In this document: piece by piece, positions 51,318-62,044 of the stretch
Position numbering within the stretch: the first letter of the stretch is position 1
Layout of the letters: each line of letters opens with the position of its first letter
The notes under the pieces: generated by a model
Told to the model about the DNA's origin: nothing
Seen by the model: only the letters and a program-made list of their open reading frames with translations
Databases searched by the model: none
Position numbers and translations under genes: made by a program
DNA from: Pseudomonas sp. NCCP-436
GTDB lineage: Bacteria > Pseudomonadota > Gammaproteobacteria > Pseudomonadales > Pseudomonadaceae
Direction: 5' to 3'
NCBI RefSeq assembly: GCF_019656335.1
Contig: NZ_BPLZ01000002.1
Coordinates: forward strand, 178,904-242,903
Length of the DNA: 64,000 bases

Positions 51318-52184
51318 ATGCGCATGTTGGTGCTATTGGCCGGACTGCTGCTGTCCGGCTGCAGCGGGCTGCTGTTCTACCCGGAAGCCGGGCTGCCAAT
51401 CACTCCGGAACGTGCCGACCTGGAATATCGCGATGTCGAGCTGCGTGCCGCCGATGGTACGCGTTTGCATGCATGGTGGTTGCCAGCCAGGACAGGGACG
51501 AAAATCAAGGGTACGGTGCTGCATCTGCATGGCAATGGCGGCAATCTGGCCTGGCACTTGGGCGGTGTTTACTGGCTCCCTGAGCAGGGCTATCAGGTGC
51601 TGATGCTGGATTACCGAGGTTATGGTCTGTCCGCTGGAAAGCCGCGGCTGCCGGAGGTCTATCAGGATATCGACGCAGCCTTTGCCTGGCTGGCCCAGGC
51701 TCCGGAGGTGCAGAACCGGCCGTTGCTGGTACTTGGACAGAGTCTGGGCGGTGCGCTGGTGGTGCACTATCTGGCTGAGCGGCCCGAACGGCGGGTGCAG
51801 ATCAATGGCCTGGCACTCGACGGAGCGCCGGCGAGCTACCGAGATGTGGCACGTTACGCCCTGAGTAATTCCTGGTTGACCTGGCCATTGCAGGTGCCGC
51901 TTTCCTGGTTGGTGCCCGATGGCGAGAGTGCAGTGCGCAGCATCGACCAATTGCAGGGGCTGCCCCTGCTGATTTATCACAGTGTTGACGATAGGATCGT
52001 GCCGTTTTCCAATGGGCGCCGCCTATACCGGGCTGCGCGCCCGCCGCATGCCTTTCAGGCAACCCGTGGTGTGCACGTGCAGACCTTTGCCGAGCCTACC
52101 TGGCGCCAGTCGTTACTGGCGTTCTTCAGTGCACCGCTGGCATTCGTCGAGCGTCGTGCCGAATCTGCAGAAGAGAGTCCGTAA
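51318..52184 (+). CDS. Alpha/beta-hydrolase lipoprotein
   Basis: Lipobox LLLSGC, HLHGNGGN and the nucleophile elbow GQSLGG. Confidence 0.8.
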   Translation: MRMLVLLAGLLLSGCSGLLFYPEAGLPITPERADLEYRDVELRAADGTRLHAWWLPARTGTKIKGTVLHLHGNGGNLAWHLGGVYWLPEQGYQVLMLDYRGYGLSAGKPRLPEVYQDIDAAFAWLAQAPEVQNRPLLVLGQSLGGALVVHYLAERPERRVQINGLALDGAPASYRDVARYALSNSWLTWPLQVPLSWLVPDGESAVRSIDQLQGLPLLIYHSVDDRIVPFSNGRRLYRAARPPHAFQATRGVHVQTFAEPTWRQSLLAFFSAPLAFVERRAESAEESP

Positions 52185-52507
52185 TGTCCGAACGAGATCC
52201 CATTCCCCTGATCCTCACCGCTGTAGCCAGCATCGTCGGTACCGTTGGTGTGCTGTGGTATTACGGCTACGTGCATTTTGCCAAGCCCGAGGATGCGCTG
52301 TTGCTGTCCGAGTTCACCATGCTCAAGACCATTCCGGGCGAGGACTACCGGGTTTCTCTGAAGCCGGCGGATCAGGTGGCGCAGTGCATCGATGGTGTGC
52401 TGGTACTTTTCGACACCCAGCAGAAGGGGCTGACCGGTGTTCTGGTGGATGATCGCAAGCGTGCGGTGCGCTGCACGGGCCAGGAAACCCCGCAGCTACA
52501 GGAGTAA
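52184..52507 (+). CDS. Small hypothetical protein (107 aa), coupled by TAATG
   Basis: Last gene before the terminator. I recognise no motif. Confidence 0.5.
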   Translation: MSERDPIPLILTAVASIVGTVGVLWYYGYVHFAKPEDALLLSEFTMLKTIPGEDYRVSLKPADQVAQCIDGVLVLFDTQQKGLTGVLVDDRKRAVRCTGQETPQLQE

Positions 52508-52520
52508 GTTTGCCTGACAG

Positions 52521-52556
52521 AAAAAGAAACCCGCCATCAGGCGGGTTTCTTTTGGG
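52521..52556. terminator. Rho-independent (probably bidirectional) terminator
   Basis: aaaaagaaacccgccatcaggcgggtttcttttgg. Confidence 0.85.
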
Positions 52557-52567
52557 GCGAGGTTCGG

Positions 52568-53362
52568 TCAGATAGCGCTGGCCGAACGGGGAGCCACCGG
52601 GCGGTTGTCGTTGGAGATGGTGACCTCCACGCGACGGTTCTGTGCACGACCGGAATCGGTGGAGTTATCGGCCACCGGATATTCCTTGCCGTAGCCCTGA
52701 GCGACGATGCGCGACGGCTCGATGCCGGCGCGAATCAGGGCGCGGCGCACGGATTCTGCGCGACGTTCGGACAGACCCTGGTTGTAGCTGGCCGAGCCAA
52801 CACTGTCGGTATAGCCCTCGACGATCACCTTGCGCTCCGGATTTTCCTGGAGGAAACGAGCCAGTTGGGTAATGTTTGGCAGGGCGCTGCTCTTGAGTTC
52901 GGCCTTGTTGAAGTCGAACAGTACGTCGCCAAAAGTGACCAGTGTGCCGCGGTCGGTCTGCTTGGCGTTGAGGCTCTCCTGCAGTTTGCGGATCTCGGCG
53001 TCACGGGCGTCCAGCAGAGCCTGGGCACGTTTTGCCGAGGTGTTTTTTAGTTCTGCTTCCGCAGTGCGCAGGGCGATAGTCTGCTTGGCAACTTCGACGC
53101 GCTGGTTGGTCAGGTAGGCCAGTTGGTCGACCTTCTCTTTGTCCTCTTTCTCCAGGTAGGCCTTTTCGGCTTTGTTCAGCCACTCCTGGGCTTCCTTGGT
53201 CTCCAGAGCTGCAACCTTACTGGCCTGCGGATCACTCTGCAGAGAGGAGAAGTTGCTGCGAGCAGCCTCGAGGCCGGGATTGGGTTGGTACGAGCAGGCG
53301 GCCAGGCCGACGCTAAGCGCCAGCAGGGCAGGAATCATGACGAGTTTGCGCATGGCGTTCAT
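52568..53362 (-). CDS. OmpA-family outer-membrane lipoprotein (LptF-like)
   Basis: Lipobox LAAC, a coiled-coil region and a C-terminal OmpA domain (NRRVEV). Confidence 0.85.
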   Translation of the reverse strand: MNAMRKLVMIPALLALSVGLAACSYQPNPGLEAARSNFSSLQSDPQASKVAALETKEAQEWLNKAEKAYLEKEDKEKVDQLAYLTNQRVEVAKQTIALRTAEAELKNTSAKRAQALLDARDAEIRKLQESLNAKQTDRGTLVTFGDVLFDFNKAELKSSALPNITQLARFLQENPERKVIVEGYTDSVGSASYNQGLSERRAESVRRALIRAGIEPSRIVAQGYGKEYPVADNSTDSGRAQNRRVEVTISNDNRPVAPRSASAI

Positions 53363-53399
53363 CCTTTAATCAAAGTGCAAATGAGTAGTGTGTGTAGGC

Positions 53400-53798
53400 T
53401 CATTGCGCGTTGCGCATGCCTTCCTTACGCAGTTCCTGAACACCCTGGCGAGCATCCTGAAGCGCACGCTCGGCCTTGGCTGCCTGTGCCTTGCGTTCGG
53501 CCAGTCGGGCATCCCATTCGGCCTGTTCAGCCAGACGGCGGGCCTTGTCATATTCTTTCTCGTGCATGGCCAGCTCGGCTTCCTTGAGCTTGTCTTGCGC
53601 CGATTTCATCTCCACCGCCGCGAATTCAGTGCCTCCGGCGCTGATGGCTGAGTTCACCGCTGATTTAGTCACGGCATGCTGCTCGGTCGGCGGGTTGCCG
53701 GCACAGCCGGCCAGCACCAGGCTGCTGCCCAGTACCAGAGCTGCCAGTTTGATCCCATGCAGACGAGAGCGGTGGGATTTTTCGGTATGGGTATTCAT
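53400..53798 (-). CDS. DUF4398-like lipoprotein
   Basis: Lipobox LAGC plus a helical domain. Paired with the OmpA-family gene. Confidence 0.7.
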   Translation of the reverse strand: MNTHTEKSHRSRLHGIKLAALVLGSSLVLAGCAGNPPTEQHAVTKSAVNSAISAGGTEFAAVEMKSAQDKLKEAELAMHEKEYDKARRLAEQAEWDARLAERKAQAAKAERALQDARQGVQELRKEGMRNAQ

Positions 53799-54678
53799 GG
53801 CGGCTAACTCCATTTGAAACACTCCTAAATGAATATGTCCGTGCCTTCAAATTCATCCGCGACAAGGGATGAACTACGTGAAATGGACATGGCGTTTTGC
53901 TAAATGGTTCCGAAAAAAACTGAGCTGGATTCTTTTTTGCATGACCATTCAGTCATTTTTTTTGCTTCGAATAGCCCGGCCATGGGGCAGTTCAGTGCTA
54001 TCGATGTTTGTACCTGCAAGATGGAGCGAGTAGGGCACGTGCTATCCCCAGCCAGCAGTGCAAGGGGAGTCGTTCATTCTGAAAACAGGAGTGGAAGGCG
54101 ACGACATGACGTGAATCAGTGCACGTCTGGGCGAGTAGGATGAGCGGTCTGTCGAGCCGCTCAGCCCTCGGATCCTATGCTCTGTACGACGATTGCCTGG
54201 TGGAGCAGGTACTGGCTTGGCTCGAGGTTTTTACGCGACCTATTGTCGCATGCCGGTGCTTCGGTTCTGGAAATGACCGGTCAGTCTCGATGCCGGTGTG
54301 CAGTTTCGAGCCCCTGGAATCCATCTGCGCGGGCAATACCTACCTCTATTCGCATTACTCGCTTCAGGCCAGGCTGATGGCTTCTTGCTGCCTGCGAAAA
54401 CAGGCGTCGCAGAGCCTTCTGGAGCAGGTGCAACCGGTCAGTATGACGCGTGACGTCACAGGTTTTCGTCGCACTGAGTGGGTCTGCAGGCAGGGTTAGG
54501 GACACCGCCTGAAAGCCCTCTGCCGGCTGTCGCCAGACGGTATTCCCTCCGACTTTCGATGGCTTGTGCACCCGAAACACGCTGTGTATCTTGGGCACCC
54601 TTTTGGTACTACAGCTGCCGAAGACGCACAGATTAAGAGATTGGCCCCATGAGGCGAGTCCGACCGATTACTACATAA

Positions 54679-55344
<666 letters not shown>

Positions 55345-55366
55345 GCTGCGCACCAGTCGTCTGTCA

Positions 55367-55395
55367 CCCAGGGCCCCGAAAGGGGCCTTGGTCGT
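55367..55395 (+). terminator. Probable terminator after adk
   Basis: cccagggccccgaaaggggccttgg followed by tcgttt. Confidence 0.55.
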
Positions 55396-55525
55396 TTATG
55401 GCGTCCGGATATGTTCTGGTCGCTTTCAGGCATGTCCCTGATCACGACGTAGCTAGTATCGAAGATGCAAGCTTCCGGCCTGCGTCGGAGCGCGTCGACA
55501 ACCTGTTAGGAAGAGGGCATGGTAC

Positions 55526-56299
55526 ATGACCGAGAAACGCATCTGGCTGGGCCTTGCGGCGTCGCTGTTGAGCACTCCACTGGTATTCGCCGAACCTGCC
55601 GCAGAGTTCAAGGCTGACTGTTCCGTCGCGCAATTCACCATGGGCTTGCGTTTTCAGCAGCAGTCCGCGGAGATCCAGGCACTGCAACTGCAGGCCTACA
55701 ACATCGCCACGGAAAGGCTCGACAAGGCGGTGGCTGCGGCGAAAGATCCATCGAAGCTGGCCATCGTTACCGACCTCGACGAAACCGTAATCGATAACAG
55801 TGCGTTGCTGGTGCGCGATCTGGCCAACTGTCATCAGTACGACGTCTGGGATACCTGGTTGCCCTGGGAGCGTGACGGTACGCCGGTGCTGATCCCCGGT
55901 GCGAAGAAGTTCCTCGAACATGCCGACAGGCTCGGAGTGACCATCCGCTACATCTCCGATCGCGCCGACGAACAGAAGAAATACACTCTGGCCACCCTGA
56001 CCAAGCTGGGGCTACCGCAGGTGTCAGAGGAGAGTGTGCTGCTGCTCGGCCCGCCCAAGGTGGAACGACGCGCCATCGTCAGTGCCGATCACCAGATCAT
56101 CCTGCTGCTGGGTGATACCCTGCATGACTTCGATGCACGCTTTCGCAAGACGCCGCTCGACGCTCAGCGCCAGACCGTGGCCGATGAGGCCGGCAAGTGG
56201 GGCGTGGAGTGGATAGTGTTCCCCAATGCGGGCTATGGCACTTGGTCCGAGGCGCCGCTCAAAGGTTGGGAGGCCGAGCTTGTGGTCGAGCCCTGGTAA
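55526..56299 (+). CDS. Class C acid phosphatase / 5'-nucleotidase lipoprotein e(P4) family (HAD superfamily)
   Basis: Signal peptide. DLDETV HAD motif I. Confidence 0.8.
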   Translation: MTEKRIWLGLAASLLSTPLVFAEPAAEFKADCSVAQFTMGLRFQQQSAEIQALQLQAYNIATERLDKAVAAAKDPSKLAIVTDLDETVIDNSALLVRDLANCHQYDVWDTWLPWERDGTPVLIPGAKKFLEHADRLGVTIRYISDRADEQKKYTLATLTKLGLPQVSEESVLLLGPPKVERRAIVSADHQIILLLGDTLHDFDARFRKTPLDAQRQTVADEAGKWGVEWIVFPNAGYGTWSEAPLKGWEAELVVEPW

Positions 56300-56359
56300 G
56301 GCGGCAGTGAGCGATTCAGGTCGTCCCGCACAAGCCTCACAGACGTCATGAGGCTGGAA

Positions 56360-56400
56360 AAAAAAACTCCGAGCCGGTCTAATGCCGGCTCTTTTTATTT
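56360..56400 (+). terminator. Rho-independent terminator
   Basis: aaaaaaaactccgagccggtctaatgccggctcttttt. Confidence 0.85.
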
Positions 56401-56415
56401 GACCGTCTGAACGCA

Positions 56416-57099
56416 ATGACCACTCTCCTGGCCCTGGATACCGCCACCGAAGCCTGTTCCGTCGCGCTGCTGCATGATGGCCGCGTACTCAGTCACTACG
56501 AGGTGGCACCACGCCTGCATGCCCAGCGCCTGCTGCCGATAATCCGGCAACTGCTGGGGGAGGCAGGCATTACTCCGGGAGCACTGGATGCCATCGCCTT
56601 CGGGCGCGGCCCGGGAGCCTTTACCGGGGTGAGGATTGCCGTGGGGGTGGTGCAGGGGCTGGCTTTTGCTCTGGATCGCCCCGTATTGCCCGTATCGAAT
56701 CTGGCATTGCTGGCGCAGCGTGCGCTGCGTGAGCACGGCGCCGAGCAGGTCGCGGCGGCCATCGATGCGCGAATGGATGAGGTTTACTGGGGCTGTTATC
56801 GCGCCGAGTCTGGTGAAATGCGCCTGTGTGGGAAGGAGGCAGTGCTGCCGCCGGAGCAGGCAGAGGTGCCACGCGGCAGCCAAGGGCGCTGGTTCGGTGC
56901 CGGTACTGGCTGGGGCACATATGGCAAGCGCATTTTTCTGCAGCCTGCGGGGCAGGACGGTGCAATGCTGCCGCATGCAGAGGATCTGCTGAGCCTGGCG
57001 CGCTTTGCATGGGGTCGCGGCGAGGCGTTGCCGGCGGATCAGGCGCAGCCGGTGTACCTGCGCGACCAGGTCGCCACCCCCAAGGCACCGATAGTCTGA
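56416..57099 (+). CDS. tsaB: tRNA threonylcarbamoyladenosine biosynthesis protein TsaB
   Basis: LALDTATEACSVAL N-terminus. YeaZ family. Confidence 0.92.
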   Translation: MTTLLALDTATEACSVALLHDGRVLSHYEVAPRLHAQRLLPIIRQLLGEAGITPGALDAIAFGRGPGAFTGVRIAVGVVQGLAFALDRPVLPVSNLALLAQRALREHGAEQVAAAIDARMDEVYWGCYRAESGEMRLCGKEAVLPPEQAEVPRGSQGRWFGAGTGWGTYGKRIFLQPAGQDGAMLPHAEDLLSLARFAWGRGEALPADQAQPVYLRDQVATPKAPIV

Positions 57100-57204
57100 T
57101 CCCGGCAAGGCGAGGCGCATGACAGGCGGCATTTGCCAAGCCTCGGACGCGCCGCTACATTGCCTGCATCAGTAGCTGCATAGAGCTTTCGCGGACGTTT
57201 CCAG

Positions 57205-57552
57205 ATGCGCATCGACGGTTTCCTTCCTCCGTACTCGCCGGATCGTGGGCCCCGCTCGGGGACAGCGGTCACGCCCTATCGCGAAGCGCAACACGAGGCC
57301 GAGGTTCGTCAGGAGCAACCGGTAGCACCGGCCGTCAGCCAGGGGCTGGAGCCGGTTGCGCAGATTCGCCGGGTGCAGCCTGGCCAGCCCGGTACCGACA
57401 GCCTGCCGAGCAGTGTCCGAAGCGGGCAGCTTCTGTACGACGCCGTTCCAGGCAGCCGCACCACACAAGCACTGGCCAGCTACAGTGCAACTGCAGCTTA
57501 CGGCCAGGATTACGATGCCCAGGAAGTGCTCGGGCTCGATCTCTACGCCTGA
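57205..57552 (+). CDS. Hypothetical protein (115 aa)
   Basis: ORF in an otherwise unassigned gap. Weak support. Confidence 0.35.
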   Translation: MRIDGFLPPYSPDRGPRSGTAVTPYREAQHEAEVRQEQPVAPAVSQGLEPVAQIRRVQPGQPGTDSLPSSVRSGQLLYDAVPGSRTTQALASYSATAAYGQDYDAQEVLGLDLYA

Positions 57553-57575
57553 AAATCTGCTGTCTTGACCGCCCG

Positions 57576-58445
57576 ATGAATGCCCTTCTGCCGTACCGGC
57601 TCGGCTGTCCGTCATGGAGCGAAGCTGCCTGGCGCGGCTCGCTGTACGCCGACGATGCGCGTTCGGCTGATTTCCTCACCAGCTATGCCCGTGTGTTCAA
57701 TGCGGTGGAGGGCAATACCACCTTCTATGCTCGTCCTTCTGCGCAGACTGTAGCGCGCTGGGCCGAGCTAATGCCGGCCGAGTTCCGTTTCTGTGCCAAG
57801 CTGCCGCGTGACATCAGTCATGCCGAGGATCTGTGCCGGCAACTGGACGAAGTAGCCAGCTTTCGGCAGCTGCTTGCGCCACTTGGTGCTCGGGTGGCCC
57901 CGTACTGGTTGCAGTTGCCGGCCAGCTTCGGCCCATCGCGCCTGGCTGAATTGGCCGCTTTCCTTGAGGCCTGGGGAGATTGGCCTTTGGCGGTTGAGCC
58001 ACGGCATGTCGAATTCTTCGCTAAGGGCGAGGCCGAGCGCACGCTTAACTGCCTGCTGCTGGGGCGGGGAGTCGAGCGCATCTGCCTGGACACTCGTGCC
58101 TTGTTCAGTTGTACCTCAAAGGACAGTGCGGTGCTGCATGCCCAGTCGCGCAAGCCGCGTCGCCCCACCCGACCAACGGCCTTCAGCAGCAGCCCGCAGT
58201 TGCGCTTTATTGGCCATCCAGAGCTACTGGCCAATGATCCCTTTATGGCGCCCTGGCTGGACAAGGTCGCCGGCTGGATTGAACAGGGCTTGTCTCCCTA
58301 TGTGTTTGCCCACACCTCGGACAACCGTCTGGCTCCGCAACTGGCCCGGCGCTTTCATGAGGGCCTTATGCAGCGCCTGCCGGGGCTGCCCGAACTGCCG
58401 GAGCTGGATGCTGCTCCAGCGCTGCATCAGCTTGACCTGCTCTGA
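57576..58445 (+). CDS. DUF72 (YecE-like) family protein
   Basis: Family-typical N-terminus (YRLGCPSWSEAAWRGSLY). Confidence 0.8.
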   Translation: MNALLPYRLGCPSWSEAAWRGSLYADDARSADFLTSYARVFNAVEGNTTFYARPSAQTVARWAELMPAEFRFCAKLPRDISHAEDLCRQLDEVASFRQLLAPLGARVAPYWLQLPASFGPSRLAELAAFLEAWGDWPLAVEPRHVEFFAKGEAERTLNCLLLGRGVERICLDTRALFSCTSKDSAVLHAQSRKPRRPTRPTAFSSSPQLRFIGHPELLANDPFMAPWLDKVAGWIEQGLSPYVFAHTSDNRLAPQLARRFHEGLMQRLPGLPELPELDAAPALHQLDLL

Positions 58446-58486
58446 GCTGGCTATGGTCGATGGCGTTTAGTCGCCTGGACAGGGAT

Positions 58487-59251
58487 TCAGCGCTTGGCCA
58501 GCAACAGGTCGGCGGCCTGCCCCTGGCGACCGTCGCTGAATTCGAATTGGCCAAGCTGAGCAATCCGGTCGTAGGTGCCCAGTGCCTGATGGATATCGCG
58601 GGCATGCAGTTCTATGGCGCTCACTGCGGAATCGGCAAGGCTTTGCAGGTGCTGACGTCCTAGAGCATCGAAGCGCAGCAGGCGCAACTGCTCGAAGACG
58701 CTATCGGCCGCATCGATACGGCCGTCGCCATTCTCGTCGAAACGTGCCAGCTCGGCAAAGCCGTTGGCGGCCCCATGCTGGTCGCCGAACAGTTCGCGGC
58801 CGTCATCAATGCGGCCATTGCCGTTGCGATCCAGTGCCAGCAGGGCATCGTCGCCGGTAGGAACACTGATTTGATCGAGACGTCCGTCGGCATCCAGGTC
58901 AAAACGTACCGGACGGCTGAGGCCGCTAGTGGAAAAGCCGTTCCCGGCCAGGTCCAGAACCAGCGGGTCGATCTGCTGCGGTACTGGCTCGGCATTTACC
59001 TGCAGCTCCAGGCTACGCTGCTCCACCAGGCGCCGACTGAAGGCCTCGGCCTGCAAGGCCGCCTCCGGTGCTTCGCTGGCCTGGCGCAGCTCATCGGCTA
59101 CCTGTTCCGACGGCTCCTGCTCGATGCCGAGCGTGCGACGCAGGATCTGGTAGTCGACAGATTCGCGGGTCGCCTGTTCAAGATCCTGCTCCAGCGAACG
59201 CGGGCTGGCGGTGCTGGCGGAATGGCGTGGGGACTGGATGCTGTCGATCAT
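58487..59251 (-). CDS. Putative Ca2+-binding protein with DxDxDG-type repeats
   Basis: Repeated DADGRLD, DRNGNGRIDDG and DENGDGRIDAAD loops. Confidence 0.6.
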   Translation of the reverse strand: MIDSIQSPRHSASTASPRSLEQDLEQATRESVDYQILRRTLGIEQEPSEQVADELRQASEAPEAALQAEAFSRRLVEQRSLELQVNAEPVPQQIDPLVLDLAGNGFSTSGLSRPVRFDLDADGRLDQISVPTGDDALLALDRNGNGRIDDGRELFGDQHGAANGFAELARFDENGDGRIDAADSVFEQLRLLRFDALGRQHLQSLADSAVSAIELHARDIHQALGTYDRIAQLGQFEFSDGRQGQAADLLLAKR

Positions 59252-59335
59252 GCTATCTCCCGATGCGGTCGATGGGCGCCGGCTCTGGCAGAATGTGCAT
59301 CTTGGTTATCGGCCATATGGTCGATGGTTTGAGTC

Positions 59336-60145
59336 ATGTCCGGGAAGAACGCACCGATGTCCGACCAGCGGTATAACGCCAGCATCTGTATCCAGTCCCT
59401 GGATCCCCGTCATGCCGAGGCGACCGAGGAGTGGGCCGCGCGCCTGGGGCTGGCTATGGGCGGGGAGGCGGAGTATGCCCTGCAACTTGGGGACGACGGC
59501 CTGCAATTGGTCGAGCTGGGGGAACGTGCCCCGGGGCCTGTGCGGGTGGATTTTGTTGAGGGCGCGATGGCGCACCGGCGCCAGTTTGGCGGCGGTAGCG
59601 GGCAGATGATCGCCAAGGCGGTCGGTGTTCAGCCAGGCATTCGCCCACGCATCCTCGATGCTACGGCAGGCCTCGGTCGCGATGCCTTCGTACTGGCCAG
59701 CCTGGGTTGCGAGATGACTCTGATAGAGCGCCAGCCGCTGGTTGCGGCGCTGCTGGCGGACGGTTTGCAGCGAGCCCGATGCGATCCGGAGGTGGCGCCA
59801 ATCGTTGCCCGCATGCGGTTGCTGGATGGTGATGCCATCGAGTTGATGCAGCGCTGGCAGGAGCCACTGGCACCACAGGTGATCTACCTTGACCCCATGT
59901 TTCCCCATCGCGACAAGAGCGCTCTGGTGAAAAAGGAGATGCGTCTGTTCCGGCCCTTCGTCGGCGACGACACGGATGCACCAGCTCTGCTGGAGGCGGC
60001 CTTGGCACTGGCAAGCCATCGGGTGGTCGTCAAGCGTCCACGCAAGGCGCCAGCTATCGAGGGTGTGCGTCCTGGCTATGTGCTGGAGGGTAAGTCCAGC
60101 CGCTATGACATCTACCCGAAGAAGAAGCTGGTGGCGACTGACTGA
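59336..60145 (+). CDS. rsmJ: 16S rRNA (guanine1516-N2)-methyltransferase RsmJ
   Basis: [27 protein letters not shown] and YLDPMFPH motifs. Confidence 0.9.
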   Translation: MSGKNAPMSDQRYNASICIQSLDPRHAEATEEWAARLGLAMGGEAEYALQLGDDGLQLVELGERAPGPVRVDFVEGAMAHRRQFGGGSGQMIAKAVGVQPGIRPRILDATAGLGRDAFVLASLGCEMTLIERQPLVAALLADGLQRARCDPEVAPIVARMRLLDGDAIELMQRWQEPLAPQVIYLDPMFPHRDKSALVKKEMRLFRPFVGDDTDAPALLEAALALASHRVVVKRPRKAPAIEGVRPGYVLEGKSSRYDIYPKKKLVATD

Positions 60146-60146
60146 G

Positions 60147-60797
60147 TCAGCCTGTCTGGCCTGCGCGGTAGGCGCGCAGGAAAAGCTGTACCGAGTCCTG
60201 CACGTGGGCTTCCGCTTCTTCCTCACTCAGTGGGGCGGCACAACCGATCAGCAGGCGGAAGTGTGCGCCACCCTTGAGCAGGCTGAAGAAGTGGTCGGCG
60301 GCCCGCAGTGGATCCTCCACCTGCAGCAGGCCACGCTGATCCGCCTTGCGCAGGAGTAACGCCATTTCCTCCAGCACGCGCTTGGGGCCTGCTTCGTAGA
60401 AGGTGCGGGACAGCTTCGAGCCCTGGTTGGCCAGGCTCACCATCATCCGGTGCATTTCCAGCGATTCGCGGCTGTTGATCAGCGCCAGGAAGCCGCGAGC
60501 GATATCTATCAGCTGGTTTTCCAGTGGTGCTTCTTCTTCCGGCAACTGGAACAACAACTCCGGCAACTGCTCCTGACACTTGGCCTTGATGGCGGCAGAG
60601 AACAGCGTCTCCTTGTCGGTGAAGTGACTGTACACGGTAAGTTTGGAAACCCCGGCTTCGGCGGCGATGGCATCCATGCTGCTGCCCTCATATCCGTGGC
60701 GGAGGAACAGTGTCTTGGCCGCATCCAGAATGGCACGACGCTTGGCGGGATCCTTCGGTCGGCCTGGGCCGGTGGATTGCAACAACTTGTCAGGCAT
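60147..60797 (-). CDS. TetR-family repressor, MexL-like
   Basis: N-terminal helix-turn-helix (AILDAAKTLFLRHGYEGSSMDAIA). Divergent from an RND operon. Confidence 0.85.
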   Translation of the reverse strand: MPDKLLQSTGPGRPKDPAKRRAILDAAKTLFLRHGYEGSSMDAIAAEAGVSKLTVYSHFTDKETLFSAAIKAKCQEQLPELLFQLPEEEAPLENQLIDIARGFLALINSRESLEMHRMMVSLANQGSKLSRTFYEAGPKRVLEEMALLLRKADQRGLLQVEDPLRAADHFFSLLKGGAHFRLLIGCAAPLSEEEAEAHVQDSVQLFLRAYRAGQTG

Positions 60798-60803
60798 TGG
60801 CGA

Positions 60804-60856
60804 GTTTTAAAACTGGACTGGCGGGTTTGCTATTTTTACTATACCGGCCAGTATAA
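60804..60856. promoter_or_regulatory. Operator-like palindromes in the mexL-like / mexJ-like intergenic region
   Basis: A perfect 12-bp palindrome AGTTTTAAAACT (60804-60815). A near-palindrome TATACCGGCCAGTATA (60841-60856) overlaps a TATAAAT -10-like box. Confidence 0.55.
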
Positions 60857-60938
60857 ATATTCCCAAGGGCACTGTGGTGCTGGTCGCGCGCAGGATGCTC
60901 GTAGGTCTCTTCCACCTTCTCTGAACGGTTTCAGACAC

Positions 60939-62039
60939 ATGTCCCGCTACCATCCTTCTCTCACTGCGTTACTGGGTTTAGCGCTGCTGTTGTCGGCTTG
61001 CGGCAATAGCGAGCCGCCACAAGAGTCGGTTCGCCCTGCACTGGTGGTGCAGCCGCAGCCGGCCAGCGCACTGGTTGACAGCTATCCAGGGGAGGTTCGC
61101 GCTCGCTACGAACCGGAACTGGCCTTCCGTATCGCCGGCAAGGTGGCCAGACGCCTGGTGGAAGTCGGTGATCGGGTGAAGAAGGACCAGCCGCTGGCCG
61201 AGCTGGATCCACAGGATGTGCGCCTGCAGCTGGAGGCCATTCGTGCTCAGGTGACGGCGGCAGAGGCCAATCTGCAGACCGTGCGCGCCGAGCGCGAGCG
61301 CTACAAGGCGCTACTGGGGCGCAACCTGGTCAGCCGCTCGCAGTTCGACAGCATCGAGAATCAGTACCGCGCTGGCGAGGCGCGGCTCAAACAGGTGCGA
61401 GCCGAGTACGATGTGGCCCGCAATCAGGCCGGTTACGCGGTATTGCGTGCCTCGCAGGACGGTGTGATCGCCCGACGTTCGGTGGAGGTAGGACAGGTGG
61501 TGGCAGCCGGGCAGGCCGTATTCACCCTTGCTGCTGATGGCGAGCGTGAAGTTTCCATCAGCCTGCCGGAGCAGAGCATCGGGCGTTTTTCGATTGGTCA
61601 GGTGGTCGAGGTTGAGCTCTGGTCGCAGCCGGATCGGCGTTTCTCCGGTCGTATCCGCGAGATGGCACCGGCCGCCGATCCGCAGTCGCGTACCTTTGCC
61701 GCGCGCGTCGCCTTCAGCGAGGGCGAGGTGCCGGCAGAGCTTGGGCAGAGCGCGCGGGTATTCATTGCCAGTCATGCAGAGGTGCCGCTGGCTGTGCCGC
61801 TGTCGGCCGTTAGTGCCGAGCAGGGCCAGCCATTCGTCTGGGTCATCGACCCTAAGACGCAGACAGTGCAGCGCCGGGTGGTGCGTATCGGCGCCTATGG
61901 TGATGACCGGGTTCCGGTGCTGGAGGGGTTATCGGCCTCCGATTGGGTGGTGGCGGCCGGGGTGCAGATACTCCGTGAGGGGCAGTCGGTACGACCGGTA
62001 GATCGGGAAAACCGTGCCGTTGAGCTGAGCAAGGAGTAA
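60939..62039 (+). CDS. RND efflux membrane-fusion (periplasmic adaptor) lipoprotein, MexJ-like
   Basis: Lipobox LLSACG. Biotinyl-like hairpin and beta-barrel domains. Confidence 0.88.
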   Translation: MSRYHPSLTALLGLALLLSACGNSEPPQESVRPALVVQPQPASALVDSYPGEVRARYEPELAFRIAGKVARRLVEVGDRVKKDQPLAELDPQDVRLQLEAIRAQVTAAEANLQTVRAERERYKALLGRNLVSRSQFDSIENQYRAGEARLKQVRAEYDVARNQAGYAVLRASQDGVIARRSVEVGQVVAAGQAVFTLAADGEREVSISLPEQSIGRFSIGQVVEVELWSQPDRRFSGRIREMAPAADPQSRTFAARVAFSEGEVPAELGQSARVFIASHAEVPLAVPLSAVSAEQGQPFVWVIDPKTQTVQRRVVRIGAYGDDRVPVLEGLSASDWVVAAGVQILREGQSVRPVDRENRAVELSKE

Positions 62040-62044
62040 GCGCG

